Source: Alphaproteobacteria bacterium (lineage in GTDB: Bacteria; Pseudomonadota; Alphaproteobacteria; UBA11222). Taken from it: DNA of 64,000 bases. A program made the translations under genes and the position numbers. The notes beneath the pieces are model-generated. The model saw only the letters and a list, made by a program, of their open reading frames with translations. It did not search any database and was not told the origin of the DNA. The stretch covers positions 9,571 through 73,570 of the forward strand of contig SHWM01000001.1 in the NCBI GenBank assembly GCA_009693835.1. The letters run 5' to 3'. Each line of letters begins with the position of its first letter. Within the stretch, counting starts at the first letter, position 1. Shown here in pieces: positions 56,985 through 64,000 of the stretch.

Positions 56985-58172
56985 TTATTTTCCCTGAATG
57001 ACCTTGGCGTCGCGCAGGCGCTGGATTTCCGCATCGGACAATCCAATCAACTCGCCAAAGATTTCCTGATTATGTTGGCCATATTCGGAAATCAGCGGCC
57101 GCGCCCGGCTGTCGCCATAGTGGGTGCGAAGCGGCGTATTGGGCATCTTGAAGGTGCCCGCGCCATCGTCCGGGGTGACCTGCGATCCGCGCGCCGCAAC
57201 CTGCGGCAGGTTCATCGATTCCTCCATGGTCAGGAAACGCGTCACCGGACAGCCACCCGCACTGATGATCCGTTCCACCTCGGCGGCCGTATAATCCTGC
57301 GCCCATTCTTCAATCGCCGTCATCAGCCCTTCCCACGCAATAAAATGCTCCTTGGTGTTGAGCGGATATTTTTCCTTCCATTCCGGTTTGCCAAGTGCGC
57401 TCAGCAGATCGGCGTAATTTTTATTGGTCATGGGCATGACGATGAAAAATCCCTCTTTCGCCTTCAGGGGGATGATTACCGGGCGGCCATATTTCGAGGG
57501 AAACTGCGATTCATGATATTCATAGGACAGCACATTGTGCATGACATCGAGCATGGAAATGTCGATGCGCTCGCCCTCGCCCGTGCGCTCGCGGCGGAAC
57601 AGGGCGGCGGTGATGGCGGCCATGGCATGCGTGGCGCTCATAAAATCGGCCGTGGCGTCATTGCCGCGCTGCGGCTTTTTCAGCATCGGCTCAAACGACA
57701 TTTTGGACAGCTCCCATCCGGCTGCCGCGTGGATGATCGGCGCATAGGCCGACAATTCCGAGGCAGGCCCGGACTGGCCAAATCCGGACACCGAGCAATA
57801 GATTATGCCCGGCTTGCGGGCGCGCATGGAATCATAATCCAGCCCGTATTTTTTCATCACGCCGGGGCGGTTGTTTTCCAGCACCACGTCGCATTTGTCG
57901 AGCAGGCGGTACACGAGATCAATGGCTTCAGGCTTGCCCAGATCCAGTGAAATGCTTTTTTTGCCCGCATTTACATGCGCAAAATTGGTGCTCTTGCCCT
58001 TGCGGCGCGGAACGCCGGTACGCATATAATCTCCCCCTGGGGCTTCCAGCTTGATAATTTCTGCGCCCAGGTCCGCCATCAGGCGGGTCGCGTAAGGTCC
58101 TGCAATATAGGCCGAAAAATCCAGCACCCGCACACCTGCAAGCGCGCCCTTTTCTGTTGTTGTTCCTGACAT
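56985..58172 (-). CDS. CoA-transferase family III (CaiB/BaiF-like)
   Basis: The ORF runs 56985..58256 with a probable start at MSGTTTEKGALAGVRVLDFS. The family signature is VRVLDFSAYIAGPYATRLMADLGAEIIKLE, and the conserved Asp region is present. Confidence 0.85.
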   Translation of the reverse strand: MSGTTTEKGALAGVRVLDFSAYIAGPYATRLMADLGAEIIKLEAPGGDYMRTGVPRRKGKSTNFAHVNAGKKSISLDLGKPEAIDLVYRLLDKCDVVLENNRPGVMKKYGLDYDSMRARKPGIIYCSVSGFGQSGPASELSAYAPIIHAAAGWELSKMSFEPMLKKPQRGNDATADFMSATHAMAAITAALFRRERTGEGERIDISMLDVMHNVLSYEYHESQFPSKYGRPVIIPLKAKEGFFIVMPMTNKNYADLLSALGKPEWKEKYPLNTKEHFIAWEGLMTAIEEWAQDYTAAEVERIISAGGCPVTRFLTMEESMNLPQVAARGSQVTPDDGAGTFKMPNTPLRTHYGDSRARPLISEYGQHNQEIFGELIGLSDAEIQRLRDAKVIQGK

Positions 58173-58385
58173 CTGATTTTCTCCCTTGAGTGCGGTTTCA
58201 CAATGAATGGGGACCTTTTTTAGGGCCAGTCTATCCGTTGCCCTGATTGTAGCCACAGGGGACAGGCTGGGGCAAGGCCTGCTGGCGGGGCATTCATTTT
58301 GTGGCGTCTTGATTTACATCAAATTATCGTCGCCAATAAGGAATATTATCCGTTCCGCTAGCGGTTCACCCTAAGGAGAAAGCAC

Positions 58386-59234
58386 ATGAACCTTGGAAAA
58401 ATTTTGGTTCCCCTGACCGGAGCTGATTCGGACCAGCGCGTGCTTCGTGTCGGGCTGAATACCGCAAAACGCTATATGACCCATGTGGAATGTCTGTTTG
58501 TGAACCGTAACCCGACCGATGCGCTGCCCATCGCCGGCGAGGCGCTGACCGGCCAGATCGCCACGGAACTGGTGAATGCGGTCACCGAGGCCAACAGGCG
58601 CCAGTGCGGCCGCGCCAAGGAGGCCTTTTTGAGTGCTCTTAAGGAAGCGGATGTACAGGAATCGGTAGTTCAGCCGGGTAAAAGCAAACCGACCGCGACT
58701 TTTATCGAAACCATGGGGGATCCGTCGGAACGCACTGCCGTGGCGGCGCGGCTGGCCGACATGACGATATTTCCCGTCTCGGATTTTGCCTATGAAATTG
58801 AACCGACCCTGATGGAGGCGCAGCGCCCGTGCCTGCTGATTCCGGCCACCAGCAACCTGCAAATTGGAAAAAAAGTGATGGTCGCCTGGGATAGCGGTCC
58901 CGAGGCGGCGCGGGCATTATCCGGAGCATTACCCCTGCTCGAAGAGGCGGCGGAGGTCACCGTTGTCACGGCCCAGAATCGTGAAATGGACACATTTGCC
59001 ATGGATGCGCTGCAGTCCTATCTTAGCTGCCACGGCATTTCGGTCCGGGCCAAGCAGGTACCGCTCGGGCGCGCGCCGGTCGGTCAGGTCATTCTGTCCA
59101 CGGCGGCCGATCTCGGGGCGGATTTGCTGGTGATGGGGGCCTACGGCCACAGCCGCATACGCGAACTTATCCTGGGCGGCGCGACGCGTTATGTCATCTA
59201 CAACACGCAACTGGCTGTCATGATGGTGCATTAG
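58386..59234 (+). CDS. Tandem-domain universal stress protein (UspA family)
   Basis: A 282-aa protein with two Usp domains, the second carrying the ATP-binding-type motif (GAYGHSRIRELILGGATRYV). Confidence 0.8.
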   Translation: MNLGKILVPLTGADSDQRVLRVGLNTAKRYMTHVECLFVNRNPTDALPIAGEALTGQIATELVNAVTEANRRQCGRAKEAFLSALKEADVQESVVQPGKSKPTATFIETMGDPSERTAVAARLADMTIFPVSDFAYEIEPTLMEAQRPCLLIPATSNLQIGKKVMVAWDSGPEAARALSGALPLLEEAAEVTVVTAQNREMDTFAMDALQSYLSCHGISVRAKQVPLGRAPVGQVILSTAADLGADLLVMGAYGHSRIRELILGGATRYVIYNTQLAVMMVH

Positions 59235-59300
59235 AGCGGTTTATTTTGACGCAAACCCACCGGCCTGAAACTTGATCGCTTCATGCTGTCTCGGCGCATT

Positions 59301-59756
59301 TTAGACCTTGAGAATATCCTCAAGATGTTCCGCGAGCTGATGCGGCGTCAGGTGGGTGAGATCCTTGTTCAGTTCGGCCTTTATCAGCTTGGCCGCCTGT
59401 GGGTCGAGTTCGGTGCGAAGCTCCCCCAGGGCTTTCGGCGGCGCCACAATCACCAGCTGCTCAAACGCATGTGTATTCAGCCCCTGCCTGACCTCCGTCG
59501 CCACCTGACGGATGAATTCATGCTCGGCATGCACATGCGGGTCAGTGTGCGGCGCTACGGCGCGGCGGCCGGGCCCCGCGCTGCTGAAACTGACGCCAGA
59601 CCGGTCGCTGCCCATTTCATGACTGGGCAGCCTGTTGCCGATCAGGTCATGATCCATGGCGGGAACCAGCCCCGTGCCCGGCCCTTCAATCAGAAAGATG
59701 CGCGCACGCGCGCCATCGGCCACAACAACCCATGTCTTTTTATGTTTTATCTTCAT
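59301..59756 (-). CDS. Host-attachment protein family (Host_attach, PF10116-like)
   Basis: A 151-aa protein with a conserved N-terminus (TWVVVADGARARIF), mid region (HAFEQLVIVAPPKALGELR) and C-terminus. Confidence 0.65.
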   Translation of the reverse strand: MKIKHKKTWVVVADGARARIFLIEGPGTGLVPAMDHDLIGNRLPSHEMGSDRSGVSFSSAGPGRRAVAPHTDPHVHAEHEFIRQVATEVRQGLNTHAFEQLVIVAPPKALGELRTELDPQAAKLIKAELNKDLTHLTPHQLAEHLEDILKV

Positions 59757-60231
59757 CTGCGTACTCCGGCGTTTCCAGATCCATTTTAAGCGCCAGCAGC
59801 CGCAAAATATCCTTTAACGCCACGACGCCGGTCAGGCGGTCCTCCGTAAGGACGATCAGGCGGCTGTTGCCGGAACGTTGCATCATGGCTATTGCGGCCA
59901 CGGCGTCGGCATTCGCGTCAATCATATTCCCCGTGGAACAGGGCAGCATGATTTCGCGAACCGGCCTATCTTGCCATTGAGACTGTGGCACATGTTTGAT
60001 CTGGCTCAAACCCACACTGCCCAGCACGCGATTTCCGTCAACGACGGGATACATATCATGACCATAGACATAGATATAATTTTCCACCAGTTCGCGAAGA
60101 CTCAGATGTGGCGGCACGATAACCGGATCACGTGTCATGAAGCGGTGCACGGGCTGGCCCTCAAGGGTCTGCCGGGTGCGCAGCTGGGTATAGGACGAAC
60201 CCGCGGCGCGGTTCAGGAACAGTCCGATCAC
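59740..60231 (-). CDS. CBS-domain pair protein (possibly the C-terminal half of an M50-CBS protease separated by an in-frame TAG)
   Basis: Two CBS motifs are present (PVHRFMTRDPVIV...; VREIMLPCSTGNMIDANADAVAAIAMM...). The upstream reading frame is continuous with the M50 ORF except for one TAG at 60265-60267. Confidence 0.6.
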   Translation of the reverse strand: MIGLFLNRAAGSSYTQLRTRQTLEGQPVHRFMTRDPVIVPPHLSLRELVENYIYVYGHDMYPVVDGNRVLGSVGLSQIKHVPQSQWQDRPVREIMLPCSTGNMIDANADAVAAIAMMQRSGNSRLIVLTEDRLTGVVALKDILRLLALKMDLETPEYADEDKT

Positions 60232-60264
60232 GGCAATCCAGACACCACCAACCAGATCGCCGCG

Positions 60265-60894
60265 CTATACGTTCAGCAGCCCCAGCGCCATAAAGCCAAA
60301 GCCAAAGGCCGATCCAATCCTTGAGGCATGCTTCGTCGCCCAGCGCATATTACCCTTCCAGCGCCACAGGGCGGCGCGCAGCACCCGGCCGCCATCCAAC
60401 GGGAAAGCGGGGATCAGGTTGAAGGTTGCCAGCATGGCGTTGATCATGGCGAGATAACCCAGCAGCGCCCCGAAAGGCGTCAGATCGCCGCCCGGCCCGG
60501 TAACGGACGCGATGGTCAGAAACGCCAGCGCCAGCGCGTAACTGGAGATGGGTCCCGCAATCGCCATCAGAAACTCGACCTTGGGATTTTGAGGTTCACC
60601 CTCCATCTCGGCCACGCCGCCAAAAATGAAAAGCGTAATGCCATTAATCGGCAAACCATGCAGCCGCGCCACCAGGGAATGACACATCTCATGGAAGATG
60701 ATCGAGCCAAACAGTCCCAGCGCCCCCAGCGCCCCGATGCTCCAGTATGTCTCGGGAGCCAGGCCGGGTATGACGGCGGGAAAATAGCTGGTGGACAGGG
60801 ACCAGGTGACAAGCGTGGCGAGCAGAACCCAACTGGCGTCGAGTTTCACCTCAAAGCCAAACAGACGGAAGAGTGTGATATGCTTGCCGAACAT
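60265..60894 (-). CDS. M50 (site-2 protease) family zinc metallopeptidase domain protein
   Basis: The HEMCHSL (HExxH) motif, the LDGG motif (NLIPAFPLDGGRVL) and multiple TM segments are present. The ORF ends at a TAG that is in-frame with the downstream CBS ORF. Confidence 0.75.
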   Translation of the reverse strand: MFGKHITLFRLFGFEVKLDASWVLLATLVTWSLSTSYFPAVIPGLAPETYWSIGALGALGLFGSIIFHEMCHSLVARLHGLPINGITLFIFGGVAEMEGEPQNPKVEFLMAIAGPISSYALALAFLTIASVTGPGGDLTPFGALLGYLAMINAMLATFNLIPAFPLDGGRVLRAALWRWKGNMRWATKHASRIGSAFGFGFMALGLLNV

Positions 60895-60956
60895 AGTGTT
60901 CCCTTAATATGGGATACTCTCTGATTTATATCTATTATCCTGCGTGGGCGAGTTAA

Positions 60957-61745
60957 ATGACAGAAGTCAGGGATACTGGCGTGCTGATATGCGGTCATGG
61001 CAGCCGGGAACCCGAAGCAGTGCGCGAGTTTACGAACCTGGTGGGGGAGCTGGTGGCGCGGCTGCCGCAATTCAGGATGGAAAGCGGATTTCTGGAATTT
61101 GCCGCTCCGGACATCAGCGAGGGGCTTGAAAAGCTGCGGCTGGCCGGATGCAGGCAAATTCTGGCCATTCCGGGGACTTTGTTTAGCGGCGGGCACGCCC
61201 GGCATGACGTTCCCGGCATTCTGCAGACGTTTGCCGGTCAATTTCCAGGGATTCGGCTCCGCTACGGACGGGCGTTTGACATCCACCCGGATGTTGTGGG
61301 AGCAGCCTGCGCACGGGTGCGGCAGACCCTCAAGGAGGCCTCCCCCCGTGCGGTGCGGGAAAATACTGCACTCGTGATCGTAGGGCGGGGGGCAACGGAC
61401 CCCGAGGTGCTTGTCAGCATGCAATCCATCGCGCAACTCATTCAGGCGGAATTGAATTTATCCAGCGTTTCAATCGCCTATGCCGGTCTGGCGAAACCGT
61501 CTTTTGCGCAGGCATTGGAAAAGTTAACCGGGACGGCGCAAGAATACGTGGCCGTGCTGCCGTATTTTCTATTCACCGGAAAACTGGTTAAACGCATCTA
61601 TGACGAGGTGGATGCCGCCGCCATCCGCTATCCAGAAAAGCATTTCCTGAAATGCCCCTGTCTGAACAATCATCCCTCTGTTATTGACGGTTTCATCGCC
61701 CGTATCATCGAAACCAGCCAGTCGGGAACAGAGATGCATGGATGA
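60957..61745 (+). CDS. cbiX: Sirohydrochlorin chelatase, CbiX/SirB family
   Basis: Two CbiX repeats are present, each with the conserved His context (VLICGHGSREPEA...; LVIVGRGATDPEV). Confidence 0.75.
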   Translation: MTEVRDTGVLICGHGSREPEAVREFTNLVGELVARLPQFRMESGFLEFAAPDISEGLEKLRLAGCRQILAIPGTLFSGGHARHDVPGILQTFAGQFPGIRLRYGRAFDIHPDVVGAACARVRQTLKEASPRAVRENTALVIVGRGATDPEVLVSMQSIAQLIQAELNLSSVSIAYAGLAKPSFAQALEKLTGTAQEYVAVLPYFLFTGKLVKRIYDEVDAAAIRYPEKHFLKCPCLNNHPSVIDGFIARIIETSQSGTEMHG

Positions 61746-62550
61746 GTCTGGTGAATTTGCCCTGCCGGAATTTATTCCGGGCACGGTGTGGCTGGTGGGC
61801 GCGGGGCCTGGGGATCCTGGCCTGCTGACCCTTCTGGCGCATCATGCCCTGCGTCACGCGGACGCTATCGTGTATGATGCGCTGGTCAATGTCGAAATCC
61901 TTAAGCTGGCGCGTCCGGACGCTGATCTGATTTACGCAGGCAAACGCGGCGGCCGGCCGTCCATCAGCCAGCCGGATATTTCCGACAGGCTGGTGGCGCT
62001 CGCAAGGTCCGGCAAGCGCGTCCTGCGCCTGAAGGGGGGCGATCCGTTTGTGTTCGGCCGGGGCGGCGAGGAGGCGCTGAGTCTGGCGCAGCACGGGATC
62101 GTGTTTCGAATCGTACCAGGAATTTCTGCCGGTATTGGCGGCCTGGCCTATGCCGGCATACCCGTGACACACCGCAGCATTAATTCAGCGGTGATTTTCC
62201 TGACGGGCCATGATTCAGAAGGCGGCGTGCCGCCGGGGCTGGACTGGCCAGCGATCGCGAAAGCCGCGCCGGTGATTGTGATCTATATGGCGCTTCGGCA
62301 ATTGAGCGCCATCTGCAGTCATTTAATCGCGGCTGGCCGCCCAGGCGATGAGGCCGTCGCACTGGTCTCTCAGGCGACAACCCCGCAACAGCAGGTGATC
62401 CTGACCGACCTGCAAAATTGCGCCGTCCGGGCGCTGGAGGCGAACCTGCAGCCCCCCACCATGATGGTGGTGGGGGCGGCGGCCGAGATGCACCGGAAAC
62501 TGAACTGGTTTGGTGAGCAGATCCAGTTGGATCTAATGCATGGTCGGTAA
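61738..62550 (+). CDS. cobA: Uroporphyrinogen-III C-methyltransferase (SUMT; CobA/CysG-C)
   Basis: The ORF runs 61684..62550 with a probable start at MDESGEF. VWLVGAGPGDPGLLT, VVRLKGGDPFVFGRGGEE and TAHRSINSAVIF-like TP_methylase motifs are present. Confidence 0.88.
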   Translation: MDESGEFALPEFIPGTVWLVGAGPGDPGLLTLLAHHALRHADAIVYDALVNVEILKLARPDADLIYAGKRGGRPSISQPDISDRLVALARSGKRVLRLKGGDPFVFGRGGEEALSLAQHGIVFRIVPGISAGIGGLAYAGIPVTHRSINSAVIFLTGHDSEGGVPPGLDWPAIAKAAPVIVIYMALRQLSAICSHLIAAGRPGDEAVALVSQATTPQQQVILTDLQNCAVRALEANLQPPTMMVVGAAAEMHRKLNWFGEQIQLDLMHGR

Positions 62551-62946
62551 ATTTAATTCCAAGACCGACAGCAGCAGCCGCAGATCGTGGGTCTGGCGCA
62601 GCACATGCCCGGCGCGGTCAGTCAGGACATAGGAGCCGTCCAGCCAGCGGAGCAGATTGAAATAGGGCTGACTGGTTCCAAACGTGAATAGAACGACGCG
62701 CGACGCCCGCAAGGGTTCGCCGGTAACGGCGTCGCGATGTTCTCCCAGAAGGGTAAATCCACACCACAGGCCATGCGATTTTTGCTGTTCAAACACTTGG
62801 CGCAAAATCGCTATATCGTTTGGTGAAAGACTGACGGGCAGATCATAGGGCAGCATGAAAACGATAACATTTTCATTTGACGCTCTGGGCACACGCCGCG
62901 CGATCAGTGATTTGTTGCGTGTTTCCGCGAGATCAACCGGTGTCGC
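62533..62946 (-). CDS. Conserved hypothetical protein (137 aa)
   Basis: The ORF runs 62533..63006 with a probable start at MATPVDLAETRNK. No confident family assignment. It shows codon usage typical of the genome. Confidence 0.45.
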   Translation of the reverse strand, partial: ATPVDLAETRNKSLIARRVPRASNENVIVFMLPYDLPVSLSPNDIAILRQVFEQQKSHGLWCGFTLLGEHRDAVTGEPLRASRVVLFTFGTSQPYFNLLRWLDGSYVLTDRAGHVLRQTHDLRLLLSVLELNLPTMH

Positions 62947-63150
62947 CATTCGCAAACCCCTTTTCGAATTTCCATGCCAGTGTGGCCCGAAGACTCTTAA
63001 CGCCACGTATTCAAGCTAGGTTTATTCGGGGTTATCACCAGTGATCGGGGTCACAGACGAACCCTATTGTTTGCGATTTGTTAACTGGATGGCAATGCGT
63101 CACTGTTAGGGTTTGCGGGCATTTCCCAAACGCCACGATGATCAGCGAAT

Positions 63151-64000
63151 ATGACCACGCTCATGGAAAAAAATGTGCAGGCGGCCTTATTTATGCCGCT
63201 TACCGAATTCTGGTTAGGGCGCACCGCGATGGTGCGCAGCGTGGTATGGGTTTTGTTATCGGCGCTTTTGTTCAGCCTGATGGGCGCATTGGCGAAATCA
63301 CTGGGCAGCCGGATCGATTCAATGCAGGTCGCCTTTTTCCGCGCCCTGTTCGGGTTTATTTTTATTCTGCCGGTGGTGCTGCGCACCGGATTCAGGGGGT
63401 TGCGGACGCGCCAGCCGCTGTTGCATCTGTGGCGGGGCCTGGTCGGCGGGGCGGCCATTATGTGCAGCTTTTATTCCATGATCCATCTGCCCCTGGCGGA
63501 CGCCGCCGCGCTAAGCTTTACGCGGGTGGTCTTTCTTGCGCCTCTGGCCGTGTTTTTCCTGAATGAGAAATTCGACATGCGCCGTCTGCTGACGGTTTCC
63601 GCTGGGCTCGCGGGCGTCATCCTGATGACGTCCCCGGAAGGCGGATTTCAGTTTGCAACCCTGGTAGCCCTGCTGAGCGCGGCGCTTGTCGCGGGTGTGG
63701 TGATCTTCGTCAAACGGCTGTCCGCAGAGGATAGCCCCGCGACGCTGATTTTTTATTCTTCGGCCATCGCCGCGCTGATGACTGCGGGACCGTGCCTCTG
63801 GGTATGGACCCCGCCAACCATATTCGAGTGGCTGATGCTGAGTGTCATGGCGTTGCTGGGCGTTCTGGCGCAAAGCTGCTTTATCAGGGGGTATGCAGTG
63901 GGCGAGGCAACGGTTCTTGCGCCGCTGGAATATACCAGGCTGCTGTTTGCAGCCCTGGCTGGCTATTTGATGTTTGGCGATGTGCCAGGGGTCTGGGCGG
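63151..64000 (+). CDS. DMT-superfamily (EamA-like) transporter, 3'-partial at the window end
   Basis: The ATG at 63151 opens a frame to the window end with no stop. It encodes two EamA repeats (LGSRIDSMQVAFFRALFGFIFILPVV...; LAPLEYTRLLFAALAGYLMFGD). It is absent from the ORF track because no stop occurs in the window. Confidence 0.75.
   Translation, partial: MTTLMEKNVQAALFMPLTEFWLGRTAMVRSVVWVLLSALLFSLMGALAKSLGSRIDSMQVAFFRALFGFIFILPVVLRTGFRGLRTRQPLLHLWRGLVGGAAIMCSFYSMIHLPLADAAALSFTRVVFLAPLAVFFLNEKFDMRRLLTVSAGLAGVILMTSPEGGFQFATLVALLSAALVAGVVIFVKRLSAEDSPATLIFYSSAIAALMTAGPCLWVWTPPTIFEWLMLSVMALLGVLAQSCFIRGYAVGEATVLAPLEYTRLLFAALAGYLMFGDVPGVWA

Noticed and set aside
56928-57950. A 340-aa + strand ORF
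   Set aside because: It is antisense to the well-supported CoA-transferase gene. Its Arg/Gly/His-rich composition has no domain signature.

Overview
This is a 64-kb chromosomal window from an alphaproteobacterium of about 58-60% GC. The assignment rests on the valS-popZ-tolC synteny, a class-I LysRS, the pyk-DUF1244-DUF2312 cluster and pyrG-kdsA-secG. Both strands are dense with housekeeping genes. These include ruvX (partial), gatCAB, znuCB, valS, popZ, tolC, gmhB, ivd, mgtE, tRNA-Leu(GAG) and cysH. They continue with lipB, a TPP riboswitch ahead of thiC, lysK, pyk, pepF, kdsA, pyrG, secG, a coxL-like subunit, a CoA-transferase, uspA, cbiX-cobA and an EamA transporter. Four things stand out. 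(1) Many genes are broken by frameshifts or in-frame stops. They are a P-type ATPase, yqhA, a glycosyltransferase remnant, a beta-helix protein, a Vgb-type globin, an outer-membrane beta-barrel, an M50/CBS protease and an ABC-type ATPase. Several breaks sit at homopolymers (C9, A5, A6, T7), so either genome decay or indel sequencing errors could explain them. (2) A low-GC island of about 2.4 kb (54.5-56.9 kb) between the coxL-like gene and the CoA-transferase carries a translationally coupled pair: a DUF3696-type ABC/AAA ATPase (frameshifted) followed by a small protein with an N-terminal PIN-like motif (VVDTNV). This has the ATPase-plus-nuclease architecture of Septu/PARIS/AbiL but a different effector. 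A truncated VapC toxin remnant and a MITE-like element with nested palindromes lie beside it. This is the best candidate for an undescribed defence module. (3) Two small repeat families occur. One is a MITE with roughly 19-bp terminal inverted repeats (5.4 kb and 56.8 kb). The other is a GC-rich double-hairpin, REP-like element (17.6 kb and 48.1 kb). (4) Other oddities: tandem paralogous PAPS-type sulfotransferases, a KKPAAKKAA-repeat histone H1-like protein behind a 1.1-kb AT-rich structured non-coding region, an orphan FliN/SpoA-domain gene, and an orphan CoxL-like subunit. No CRISPR array, rRNA or prophage was seen.
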